Positions 11,767 to 24,500 are shown, numbered from the stretch's first letter. The stretch is DNA of 64,000 bases from Toensbergia leucococca (GCA_022813965.1 JALDZS010000006.1:1-64000), one strand, 5' to 3'. Notes: generated from the sequence alone by a model not told the origin. A program made the numbers and translations.

Positions 11767-14700
11767 TCAGAAACAATAGCCCCAACCCCCGAGATTTTCT
11801 TCCGTATGAGCATTTGCGGAGCCCTGTTCAGGTTCCGGCTTCTCGTTCTGTACTGCTTCCGAAGAATCAGGACGCTCCGATGGGTCGAAGCTCTCGTCAA
11901 TTAAGCCATCGGTGTTTCGCTCGTGCGTCGATTCGCCATGGTTGGAGCTCTCCGGAGCCTCATCTTGGTGATGACTTGCATGGTCTGGGTCGTCATTGCC
12001 CTGTGTAGCTACCGCAGGGTTTTGATCCAATGGATCCACGATTGTGTGGAGATTGTTCGCAATGAACGTGTCCAAATCTTCCCATGGAAAAGCCTCGTTC
12101 CATGCAGTCGTCTCGTCTTCAAAGCCTTCATCTTGGGCTTCCTTTTGTAAGACTTTCTGGGCTATCTTTTCTACGATCGCCTTGGCCTCTTCTTCGGACG
12201 GGTCAGGGTCGACAGGTTCCGAATTTGAGACAACTTCACCTCCGGATACTATAGCTGGCTGGGCCTGATCAGTGGATAGCTCGTCGGCTGGTGTTTCAGG
12301 TTCCAGTGATTTGCCCTTTGCTGCTTCTATTAGGCTGGTAATAGCATCTCCTTGCAGCGTAGTATCGCCATCTCCTTGGACAGTGGTATCATCGCCTAGG
12401 AGTGTGGTATCACCATCCTCCTGAAGCAGGGACGAACTATTGGCCATGATGTTGCCGAACGTGTTTTGGTTCCACTGATCAACCTCTTGCTCAGTCATCG
12501 TATCAAAAAAGCGAAACTCTTCATCTGTCTGATCTTGGTGATGACGAGTTTCATCAACAGGCAGAAGGTAGTCCACGTTGTCGTCGACCGGAGGAGGCTC
12601 TTCCCACACCTCGTCATTGCCAGTACCGTAGGACTCGTCTACTGCGTTCTGGTAGACTTGTTGGGCGTATGAAGGGTTCACGTCATGCACTTGCCATGGT
12701 ACAATGGTACCCGGTTCTATATGATTTTCAAGGCTGACCGGGGTTGTCGTACGAGTCTGTGACGCGGGATGGACTGCTGCTGGCTGTGTGGTATCAAAGA
12801 GCACAGGGTTGTGTATTCCAACTGCTTGATTGGTTTCGATCTCTGTCAAGCCTTGATTTACGGGCATCCATTCGGCCGAGGTGTAAAATTGCGGCTGTGA
12901 TGAGGGATGTGCCTGTTGGAGAGGTGCTCTTGCAAAGGCTTCATTGCCATACTGGTCGAAATTGGGTTCTGGCGCTCTCCTTAGCTCCGACCTCCTTAGC
13001 TCCGACCTCCTTAGCTCCGACCAGTATCTCGAGATATCATTCATCGTATCTGGGCTGTACACGGATGGATAAGACCCCGAAGATTGCTGGGCCTGTGCCA
13101 GTGCTTCAAATCCATAAGAGCCATGAATATTTGGGTATTGCCCTGGATGAGACTGACTATCTCGGCCCACGTAACCTGTTGCGTTGGAAGGAGCTTGCTG
13201 CGGAAATGGCTGATGATGGAAAGCATCTCGTGAGTATGAATGCTGGTGTGGCAGGATCTCTTGGGGCCCATTCCAATATGGTTGATTCCCTCGAATCTGC
13301 TGGGGATCCTTTCTCCGCCGCTTTGCATCTCCGCGTTCCAAATCAGAGTCTCCACCATCGTCATCTATGGTCTGTTCCGCTTGCCTCCGACGCTTGCCGG
13401 GCACCGAAGTCGGATTTGCCGCAGCTTCTTTAGCCTTGAGCTTTTCCAGCTTCCTTTGGGCGGCTTGGTCTCTCTTCTGGCGTTCCTCCGTGGCGAGTTT
13501 CCGAAGCCCGGCACGCTCAGAGTGCTTTCCCTTGTTCAATCGCTTTGATTCAGCGATTTCGACCTCAGTAGGATCACGCTCGTTCAAAGTAGAGTTACTC
13601 GTGATAGAGGCCTGCGATTTCAACCCTCTGAAGTATTCGTTCAGCCGGGCTGTCCCAGCTCGAGTATCCCATGAAAGAAGTCCGTGTTTTTCCCGGAAGC
13701 GAGTCCCCCGCATGCTGAAAGTACTCAAGGAGTACAGTGGCTTGTCTTGGTTTGCGCCAGGACTCCGAGGCATACGCGCCCTGAAGTCCTTGTATCCAAT
13801 GCTCGAATTTTGGCGTCGAATGCCTTCCATCAGCCATCCTTCCATTTCTGAGGAACACGTCGTTGGTATTTCCCGAAATCGCTTGACTGGATGATTATCG
13901 GGGTCAAGTACAACTCGGCCGTGGTCCATCCAGATTGGTACCTCATAAACCGGATCTCGATAGTCCCTCTTCTCGAGTTGGTGGTCTAGTGGCGGCCAAT
14001 TTGGTTTGTTTGGACCCCAAGTTCTCTGGCCAGGATGGAAGGACGTTTTATCATCCTCATGCTCGCCAGAGGTCCGATCAAAGACTGTTTCGCCATTAGC
14101 CTTCGTCAATACATAATACTCAAAGACTCCTACCGTATTGCCCTAGCTGGCTTGCTGCATGAAGTAAACCATGACGGAGTTCATCGTGGTACACGGCAGG
14201 CTCTATTAACACGTTAACTTCAATTCCATGTTCATAATGTAAGGATACAAATTGTTTCACATACCCCAGTTGTCATTGTCCCTTTCTCGATGCCACATTG
14301 CTCCCATCGCGAATCTTACTTGGCCCTTGGCCTTGATATCTGATCCGATTTCGCCGGAGACTTTAGATATCTTTATTGCCCGCTTTGTAGTTGTGGCTAT
14401 GTCATGTCAGCTCAGCTTCTCAAAATTAGATGTGGCTTCACTTACGCTTCTCCTCCGTGTTGGCCTTGGCCTTCTTATTTGATACATCGGTATCATCTGC
14501 AGCTTTTCGCTTTCTGTTATTCGACACTCGCAGATTCAGGTCTGAGTTGGGGTCTATAGCTTCCCCTGGTGCTGTGTTATAACCTTCGGCAATGGATGAA
14601 ATGCCCAGAACTTGTTCCACTGTGGGTTGTACTGTGCCAGCTACAGCATCCCATCCATACTCTGTGCCATAATCGTATGGTGTATCCTGCGGTTCTTGTG

Positions 14701-14890
14701 GATTTCCTATGAACAGTCAGTAACAATTCATATCAAGTCAGTGGAACGATGGCGTACTCTGTGCATCAGGTTGATCATCCAAATCATTAACCAATAGTCT
14801 CATCATCTCTGCATCGTCTTCATCGATGGATGTCGGCGGCCCGTTACGACCATACAGGTCATTGCTCTGGTTTGGATTTGGTGGATCCAT
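11767..14890 (-). CDS. Uncharacterised ~970-aa protein, paralog B of the tandem pair; conserved core plus long acidic/disordered tail and basic NLS-like patches
   Basis: Exons 14890-14758, 14706-14446, 14396-14265, 14202-14134, 14084-11767 (2913 nt, in frame, all GT-AG). Basic clusters RKRK..KKAK, GKRRR and AKRRRK. Confidence 0.85.
12977..13021 (-). repeat. Perfect 15-bp x3 coding tandem repeat (SELRR x3)
   Basis: CTCCTTAGCTCCGAC occurs three times in a row on the + strand. Confidence 0.95.
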
Positions 14891-15808
14891 TTTCCAGCGG
14901 TGGCTCGTGGTAATGAGCGTGTATGATCTGGATGAAGAGCTGAAGTTGATCAACGAGGTTGAGGACCGGAAGGAATGAAAGCGGCTGATGTTGACCAAAG
15001 GTCAGAGATGTTCAGATTGGCAAGAAAGTATCGATATGAATGAAGGATGAAAGATGTTAAACTCGGATGAGATGAGATGGAAGGAAGAGACTTTGGATAA
15101 ACTCAGCAAAGGCGTATTGTTTACACGAAAGAAAAGGTGTTGAGGATACAAAATACTCGCAGAAGTGAATGAGCGTTGTGAATTTGCTGTTCCTGAGCTC
15201 TCGGTGTTGATCCGCAACAGAGGAAAGAAGAAGTTGGAGTTGAGGAAGCACTCAAGTAAAGTCTGAATCGAAACAAGACGGAAGTCGTTCAACTCATCAA
15301 ACGAGGTCGAAGATGGAGTTGACAAACTCACCTGGCTGCGACAAGTCGACGTGTTGTTCATGAAGTTTTCGAGGGCATCACTTCATCCCATCTCAGAGGT
15401 TTGATATCTCTCTCGTATGCCCACTTTGGGGGACTCGACCCAAAGTGAACTGTCTTTCTGTGTCTCCGACATGCTTACCTTCATTGTCTGCAACAAAGCG
15501 CACTCCTATCATGGACTTGTGGAGGCTTCGATGACCATTCCTAGGTCTCGTGGACCCCAATTTAGCAACCATACCTAAATGCTCTCTCAGCTTCCAGTAT
15601 TTCCCGGCCTCCCTCCACAATCTCTTTCTTGTGATGTATGGGTACTCGCCGTTATCTCCACAACATGTTTTTTCGAGCTCTCTTCCCTCCTCACAGCTTG
15701 TCATACTGGTTCCTTCGCAATTCTTACTGCTTGGAAAAGCCCCATACGGGGCTTGTACGAGTAGAAGTCGAAGACTTTCGTACGGGATATTTGGATATAT
15801 AGTGGTAA

Positions 15809-15846
15809 GTGTGTGGGTGTATGTGTGTGTATATATATATATATAT
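15809..15846. repeat. Compound (GT)/(AT) microsatellite
   Basis: gtgtgtgggtgtatgtgtgtgtatatatatatatatat. Confidence 0.85.
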
Positions 15847-17737
15847 GATGGTTGTGTCTCCAAGGTATGTAAGGATTATTACATTAATTGTTAAGTAGTG
15901 CAGGATCCCGATTGTTCGCGAGGCGCTATTCATCAACACCCGTGAAGACCATCTTTACGCTGGACCTTTGCTAATACTATCACGGGAGTTGTGAATGCTG
16001 TGTTCTATTCGCCCTCCCTCAACTTATCGGCGATTGAAATTAGAGATCCCGCAATGGACGCTGCCACTTAGGAGAGTTTTCGAGTTCTACTTGATCGGAG
16101 AAAAACTTTTGAATCCTCAAGGGGAAAAGATCGACGACTAATCATGCAGTCCACTTTGATCAGAGTTTTCGGGCGACACAAATTGATCTCAAAAGCTCTC
16201 AAGACGAAGACGACGATAGAAAGGTCAAAAATACCATAAGATCGAACCATGACGACTTTGATCCTTGGCATTGTTCCGGACGATTACTTTATTCCCGACA
16301 ACATCTTTGTCCTGAACAAATCGCAGAAATCTCAACAATCACTCGATTTAGCAAAGCTGAGCGGGAACAGAATCCCAATACAAGATGAATGCGTAAGACA
16401 AAACTACAATCCCGTCAAGGTGTGGATCAGGAGGACTTACTTTCTCCGAAGAGCGGAGCGGGGAGGAGATATCGAGCAAAGATGTCCACCAATCTTCGGG
16501 AGAACGTTCTCACAGCTCTCTGCGCTATTCATTGTTTTTGTTCGTCTTTGAGGAGATGGTGATATCCTGGGAGCTCCCAGGGTTTGCGAACCCGCACTAA
16601 CAATGGAGCGGGACTAGTGTTACAGCATTGCTTGTTTGAGTCTAAGGGGAGGGCTTTGAACAACCTTATTTTGACACCTTTTACTCCGGCATCACAGATC
16701 ATGACACACTTCACATGAGTGATGCACAGATTGATATTCAATCAATGAGATATGCTTTCACGGCCTTTCATAGAGCATTTCATGATGTTCTCTGCATCTT
16801 AAAGCCCTCATCACTCATTAACAAATCATTCATGATGTCTTTCATAAATCATGTAAATGGTAGTTTGATATCAAAAGTTGAAATGATGTAAGGGTCTCGA
16901 ATGAGAGTCCGAATTCTGGGTGCAATTAGAAGATGAATTACTATCTAGTCACAATGTCACTAGACATATCATGATGATGTTAAGTCACTTAGAGTTGCTG
17001 ACTCATCTAATCTCACCTAACTACCCTAGCCCTAAGTACAAAAGAAAGTGCTGTAACAACATGCTCAACATCAAAAAGATCACCCTATGCTCTCATGATT
17101 TCACTGTGAATTTTCATTAAAAAGGCATGCCAGCTCTTTCTATATCAGTTTCTGATGAATAGTCATAGACATCATTGTCCTCATGTACGGAGGCGGCGGG
17201 TGACTGTACTGATGAAACTTCTTTGCTTGCACCGTGTATGTTCTCAATCGCTATCCTGGCGGTAGGCGTCCCATACAATTCCTTGCCCTTATATGTATGA
17301 TCTCATGCTCTTACTCCTCCATGGTCTATCCAGATCGCGATGACCGTGGGTGTGGCGTGATGCTCAGAGGCGCAAGGCTGGAAGGCATGTATGCAGGTGA
17401 CGATGTAGTTGATTGTTGGATCCGAAGGAAGCTGTGCCCTCGTCTACAGGTATGAGGTATGGTAGGTGGCGAGATATGAAGGGGAGGATTCATGGATTTG
17501 GAAACTCAGAGTAGGTGCTAGAGATTTTGGCCGATTTCATAGGGCAAAAACAGCGACTGATTCTTTTGCAAATGGCTAGGGATTCCTGTTATCTTTGCAA
17601 GCCAATATGCCCACCTTATCTCCCTGTGATTTGAATCGATTCACGGGTGCATGTATTCATGCCTAAATCTCGTGTGTCTGACGCCGGAGATCGATCCCAT
17701 TTAGTATGTGGATTCAAGGTGATGTCTCCGTGCTTAT

Positions 17738-18313
17738 CTAGTGAAATGGGAGCCCATGGATTATGAAAAAGGGTCTCAAATTATGAGTTCCATCGGAAAT
17801 AACTAAATAAACAGGCTTCCCGGACGTTATTTTACTAGTATTGGTCTTTGACCATTCCTTAGTCCTGGACGAATCCGTGGCTATTCCTATTAGGCGTTTC
17901 ATGAGGTTGATGTTCGTACCCGGCTTAGTAGACAATTGAGGAGGTTCAGCGCCGATATAACCTCCTTTCAGCCCAGAATTTTTGATGGCAAAGCGAGCAG
18001 CAGGGTGTAGATATCATATGAAATATCCTGCTTCATAAACTTCTTTCTCATACTTCACATTTAATAGTTCATAGTCATGAGGCTGTGCCTCAGTGACTAG
18101 TTGCTTCTTTGCCTCCTCTAGCACATACTGTTGATCTTCTATGATAAGATCCGCTAATCTAGTCATTAAAGTCATCTTGATAGTTGTTCATTTCATCATC
18201 AGCTTATCCTTGAAATTTTCAGTTGTCTTTTGCTTCTTTACAGAAGTAGCTAAAGACTGTGACTGCTCTGAATCTTCAGCAGCCTCAGTGATAATAACCT
18301 TACACTTAGTCAT
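17738..18313 (-). pseudogene. Relic of an unknown gene, paralogous to 24982-25515
   Basis: One frame from ATG 18313 (MTKCKVIITEAAEDS...) with TGA stops at 18190 and 18016, running into GGYIGAEPPQLSTKPGTNINLMKRLIGIATDSSRTKEWSKTNTSKITSGKPVYLVISDGT. Confidence 0.7.
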
Positions 18314-18864
18314 GATTATTTTCTTAATAATAACTAAGTTGTGATGAAAAGATTTGAAGATTGAATGATATGAATAAAACTTTCAAAATATCTGATGAAT
18401 AAACTGTAATGAGTTCAGACATGTGATAGTCAGACAAAATACTGAGGTATGCAGTGATAATTTGACTTTTAGATGTTTGAACATTTGCAATTGAAGGTTG
18501 ACTTATGAGAAGTCTGACTGAATGTTCCTTGACTTATTCACAAAGTAATGATAGTCAGAAAAATGTGAACTGACAAACTGAAGTAAAGAGAACACAGTGT
18601 AGTTACAGTATCATTAGGGTTAACCTGTGACTTTATCAAAGGTTGTGACAGTCTGAATTGTAATGAAATGATGAGATGAAATATGTAGACAAACTTTTGA
18701 TGTGATGCTTGCAAATTGAAGGTAAAAGATATTGACTATGTGGTAAATAGTTGATTCTACCCTCAGGACTAATAGTCTGGACTATCAAAAGCCTTGCCGA
18801 GGACTCTGATGATGCTCTGCTGATCGAACCTCTCCCGCTCCGTTCACCACGGCTTGGGGAAACA

Positions 18865-18907
18865 CTGCTGGCGGGCTGCTGGCGGGCTGCTGGCAGGCTG
18901 CTGGCGG
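18865..18907. repeat. 11-bp minisatellite x4 (CTGCTGGCGGG)
   Basis: Four adjacent units, one with a G>A change and the last one base short. Confidence 0.9.
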
Positions 18908-19362
18908 CGACTCCGGGACTTCTCAGGTGAGACCTCGGAAGACTTGCAAATTTGGCCACGACCGCGACCTGTAGGCTTCTCAGGAGTCTTAAGGGGAGCC
19001 TCCTCACCTTCACGAAACGTCTTGGCCGGTTTTCCCATGATGTTAGAGACACGAAAGACCAGAAGATCAGAAACCGGAAGGCAGAAGCTCGCGCCACCCA
19101 GGAAGGGACAGTATACAGACCTACTGTGGGTCGTGATGAAATTAAGGAACCGGAAGGTAGAGAGTAGACACTTGAAGATAGTAGAGGACACGGACGAACG
19201 AGGACAGTATACAGGCCTACTGCAGGTCGGTGATGCACCAAGGTGGATGAAGAGGAAAAGGTCCAGGAAGGGAAAAGACGATTGTTCTTATAGTGGTCGC
19301 AGTGAATGGTCTCTTGACTTATGGATCCACCGCCCTTCGCTTTTTGCAAAATCGATCCCCCA

Positions 19363-19457
19363 TCTCCCGCCCTGCTTCGTTATATTTTTCAACCCATTTT
19401 CTCATCTTTTTTCTCTTTTCTTGGTGATTGAGACACAGGTTCCCATATCTTACGCTG
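19363..19457 (-). repeat. ~95-bp dispersed repeat, copy 1; core is an 82-nt GTAAG...CAG intron-like unit (19453-19372)
   Basis: About 90% identical by eye to 21427-21520. Confidence 0.85.
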
Positions 19458-21426
19458 CCAGATCCTTTTCCGCAACACTATCAATGAGTCTCATGAAGAT
19501 GATAAGCTCTCTTTGCTGACCAGATATGCCGGAAGCTCAATGCTGCCAACGGACTCATAGTCAATATCTTTTTCTTGTCCCAGCTATCAGTGGTGTAAGT
19601 AGCCTCTTTCAGCTCAAGATCTTGGGCAGGGAAAAAGAGTCGTGGGGGACGGTGGTGGCCGACTTCCATCGTAGTCAATAACCAGCTGGCAAAGCACAGA
19701 TACTGAGAAGGTATTGGACTTGGAGACGCATGTTGGAGTTGCACGAGAGTTGTAGAGCGTTTTGACAAGTCACTATATCCATGGCAGAGCAGAAAATTCG
19801 CGATATGTACAGGGCTGGTTTCGCTGTCTACAAGTAGCTATGATTTCATGTCTCAGATGAGTCTGATACTGTTGCTGACTGATCAAATCACACCTTTTGC
19901 ATGATGATGAAAAATGAAAAAGAAGGTTTAAAAATGGTTGTGAATGTTGTAGATGAAAGTGATAGATGAGATGAAAGTTGTAGATTTATGGTTGTAAATG
20001 AAAGATTGTTTTCTGAGCAAAACATCAGACTCCTTGTTAATGAACTTTCAGATGGTCGAGGATATCTTGAGATTTGCTTAGCCGTTTCCTACGATGACAG
20101 CTATAATCCAGTAGAGTACTACTGGGTAGTTGTGAGAATAGTAATTGGTAATGGGCACATTGACATATATATACCACCTCGCTCCGATGGAATCATGCTC
20201 GAGCATTCTTTACAAGTCCTTTGGGGGTAAGAGTTCAATACTTTTGAGGCAGCGTTTGCCGTTTGGGTTGGCGGCGATTTGCATCATTCTGATTCAAGTG
20301 GTTGAAAAAGCGTCTTTGGTAGGCATAGATACTCGCGCTCTGGCTTATAAGAGAGGGAAGCTGAGACAGCTCTCGAAGGAGAAGTAAAGAGAGCTGCAAG
20401 AATTTCGCTCTTCGTGTGACCTAGTAGTGTAGGCCTTTGAGTCAGAAGGAACATCAAAATCGGGTTTATATATATTGAATCAAAGAGGTGTTTCAAGGCT
20501 GTCGTGACACATAGTCTGGTGAAAATATCTCTCGATCTGGTCATCAATGCAAGACCGCGGATCACTGATGCCATGATTGAAGGATAACGCGGAATTCCGT
20601 AAACGAGCAGGCGATCACTTGTTATCGTTACTTGCCAACAATTAAAGGTCAGCGTCATCTATTATGGTCTGCAACCAGGTCATATCTTCTTGAACCAATG
20701 AAGGCTTGAGTTCTGCCAATCTCAGACTACGTCCTCTCAACTTCTCTCATGAGGTCTTTCAGGTCATGAACTTGCATTCTCAACTTGCTCGACTGCTTTT
20801 TTCTTCAATGCTTTGGTTCTCTCGTTTTAGACCGAAAGCTCCCGGCTTGAACCTTTGCGTCTCTCATCCTAAAAGTGAGCCGGCATCATTATCATTTCAC
20901 CTCTCCTTTGTCGGTGTTCAAATTTCCTGGAATATAATGGACACAATCCTTGACCAGAGTATCAGCATTCACACATGTAAGTCGAGTCTGATCTTCCGTC
21001 GTTCCAAGTCAAGTGAGATCTCTTGGCTCTGGCGATATCGCCAGGTTCAAAATGATAGAGTATGAAAGACTTGGATAAGTACTAGCCGTCTCTATCTGGT
21101 CTAACACTTTTATGAAAGTATTTTATCTCATAGATTGTAGTTATATGACATCTGAAGTCCGTCCCCCTAGTGACTGTTGGAGACTGCCTTTGTTAGTCAG
21201 ACCCCGTCCTTGGTAGTGTTGATGGTTGGCTTTTGCTTGGGCTTAATGTATACATTATATGGTGCCGTTGCGAGTCAAGGCAATGGCCCAGGCGCCGGGG
21301 CAGTAGTTCGAGCAAGCTTTTGGTTCCGAGCTCTCCTTTCCCTCGCCAGATATGCCCTTTGTTCCCTGTCCTGCTGATGTTGAGTTACTCGAGCTTGTTC
21401 TTCACTCCGCTATCTTGCCCTTTCCT

Positions 21427-21520
21427 TCTCCCACCCTGCTTCGTTATATTTCTCAAACAATTTTCTCATCTTTTTCTCTTTTCTTGATGATTGAGAGACA
21501 GGTTCCCATATCTTACGCTG
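21427..21520 (-). repeat. ~95-bp dispersed repeat, copy 2; core is an 81-nt GTAAG...CAG intron-like unit (21516-21436)
   Basis: Matches 19363-19457; flanks diverge within about 4-12 nt of the splice sites. Confidence 0.85.
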
Positions 21521-24500
21521 GTATTCTATCGCTTCGAGAACATAGGCCATCGATGGCCCCATTACTCGGAGAACCGTTTGTTGAAGAGGCTTCATATTGC
21601 AGCATTTCGAGGGTACGCTGCTCTTGTCGTTTTGTTGAGGTTGCTGGTCCTAGAGATATATCCAGTTTGGAATGCTTAGCGTTGTCTTCTTCAGATGAAG
21701 ACTTGAAAATGGTTAGAGAAGCAGACTAGACTCGCAGAGAAACGAAAAGCGAGGCAACTGCGCTGGATGATACTTTGAACATTCCGAACGTTTCCTGTTC
21801 AGTGTTATTTTGATGTCACAATCGATGTCAGATCTATCACAGAGTAAAATGGCCATTGCGTCATCATCTTCCAGATCTTATTACTTCATCAATTTTGCTT
21901 GTTCACGGCGTCCTTCTTCAATATGCAATTTCAAGCCGCCGACACCCTCCCTTCGTGAAGGCTTCCCTGGTGGGCTTCCTCAGAAAAACAACTAACAAGT
22001 CAAGCCTGAGGAAATTGGAGTTTCCTTGGTGGGTAGCGAGATGGATCGGTTTCTAGCTGGGAGCTCAGTGATTTCAAGGACTCTACTAGCGCCAAGCTAG
22101 CTCGGATGATGCTGATCTGAACGGGTTGGTGGGTTTGTGGACAAGCAGCACAACGACCAGTAGTACACCTCACTTTATTCATGATGTTTGACCCGTCTCC
22201 TCGAAGGAGGAGACATTCTTTGTCTGATCTCTTTTCTCTCGCCATGAATTCAGCAACCTTGGCTTCCATCAGGGGCTTCCTATTTTCAACACCCATACAC
22301 ATCTCTCTATTCTATCTTTATACATGCGTCTTGACTCTTTGACTCACTGAAGAACAGTTCATACCAGAAACCTGCAAAAGTATCTTGGGTGTCTCAAAGC
22401 ATCTTCACTGAATCAGGAAAGTAGGCTGAGAGTGCAACTGTGAAAACCGGGTAATAAGGTGCAACAGTACCAGCAAGAGTCTTACCCCACTAAAGTCCTT
22501 TTTTTGTACTACCTTTTTTGACGGGTAGCATTATTTATTAAGGAAGTTAAATCTCAAGCACTATTTTGTTCCTGAGAAAGATGTGACCGTTCCTTTCGAT
22601 GACATCGACCAGATCTCCTTCTTCATCATTCTCGTCGCCCTCCTCTCCCTCATCATCCGAATCTTCGCCAAACTTCCAGGATCCTTGGAGATACCGTGTA
22701 TATCCGCATATGTTCGAAATTTTGAGCTTTACAGGGGCCGCTGTAAAATGATGATATAGGCGGAAAAGTTGCATGTTACTGCTGGTATATGACTCAGGAA
22801 CCTTTGTTCTTCCTGCTTTTCACAGTTCTGAGGCCAGGATAGTGAAAGATTGTACGCCAGTAAATCCTTGATTGTAGGCAGGAATAGTCTTCTCATTCTC
22901 CGACACAATCATTGACATCTTTTTGTCATTTCCCTCTGTATGATGTTCACAGAGACCCTGTTATCATTTCATCAAGCTTTTAATGAGCTCGTAGTTGAGG
23001 ATCACTATCCTTCAGATCTTTTCTACTAATTCACTTTAGGGCTCTCAGCTTCAGACATTTCATCACCATCTGTCAGCTTATGTACTTGAAAGATTTTAGC
23101 CCTTCCATAACTTAGGGGGGCCGTTGATCGATGCCAACCTTTCAGCTTCTTGATCTTCGCTTCATTTTTCAACCACTGGCAGGTCTCAGTGGGAAGCCTC
23201 TCTCGTGACCATGAACAGCTGTCTTTTACAGATTTAGAATTTGCTCTTGCAGCCTTTGTGCATCCGAATATCCACATTATCTCCAGGCATGCGGTATATT
23301 GAATGATTCCTTCGTAAATTCGTATTGTCGCTCTCCACTTACTGCCCATGGCTTCAAGTTCTCCTTCACCTCTCTCATTCCCTTCACTATCTTCAAGATC
23401 AAACAGGCGGGCACAAGCATTCTGACAATCTATTGCTTAGTACTTGAAGCTTCTCACAAAACAAAGAGAGATATTACCTGCCGACTGATGGATTTTGTGA
23501 CCGTCTCTGAGTGAGAGTGACACATGCGGCCAAGCTGTACGGGACCAGCCCCAAGTCAAGATTCTTCACATAAGAGTGAAGAGTCTTCTGGGCGAGACGG
23601 CGAAGAGCAAGAGCCCGATAGTCCAAGCAAATCGCGCAAGCAGAAATCCCGAGTGAGACTAGACTCCAGCAAAGCGTGTTTAAAGTACGGTAAGATCTTT
23701 CTTCTGTCGGCATCAACGGTGCCGTTAAAATTCAAAGCCAACGCCGATTCTGTCAGGACTCATTTCAATGAGAGCCCAGTCCAGTCTACCCTCATCTTTG
23801 GTTCATTCTCTATAACCTGAACACATCCATGGTATGCCAGTCTTGCTGATGCGGGAGTTTCCTCTGCGCATACCGGTTGCTCAATTTATATCTTAGACGC
23901 TGATTGAACAGCCCAGCCAGACGCTACGCCTATATGGCTGCTTCAAATGACAGTCTTTCAGTTGAAAACAGATTACAAAGTGAGTTTGATCGGCGTTGAA
24001 AAAGGCTCTTGTTGCCAGATGAATATGAAAACTCAAGGTCGCCAGTTGGCTCGCAGGATGCGGTTTGAGTTATGCCGGGCAAATTACCAGCCTCAACGTA
24101 CTCCTCTTTTCTGATATCATGCAACGGTTGGTAGTGGCCAAAGCCACACCTTGGTGGTCCTGGAGGTGGTGAGGGTGTTGAAGATGACACTATTTCACCA
24201 TCTTTGTGGTCCTTAGTTGCCTCGCTACCTTGAGCTTCTTAGTCAGTAGTGATAGAAACAGTTGAAGAGGACCCTAGCCTGAACCGTTTATTGTTCTTTT
24301 AGTAATGGCAAGGATTGATGGTACCCTTCTACGCTATTGCATAGCTCTCTTGAATCATCAATGACATATTCCTTTCTATTGTACACGATGTATATGTCAT
24401 TATTGTCCTCAAGTATCACATCCTTTTGCTACAAACCTCTATGAAAATTGAATCATTGGCTGAGCTGAGGTGAGCTGCGCTTCCGAGATCTCTCCTAAAA

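Noticed and set aside
15422..15447. 9-bp stem hairpin CACTTTGGG..CCCAAAGTG
   Set aside because: Isolated; no terminal motif or second copy; compatible with chance.
20060..20300. Minus-strand relic WYIYVNVP...VVLY suggesting a GIY-YIG nuclease
   Set aside because: Needs a frameshift and lacks the downstream conserved residues; too weak.
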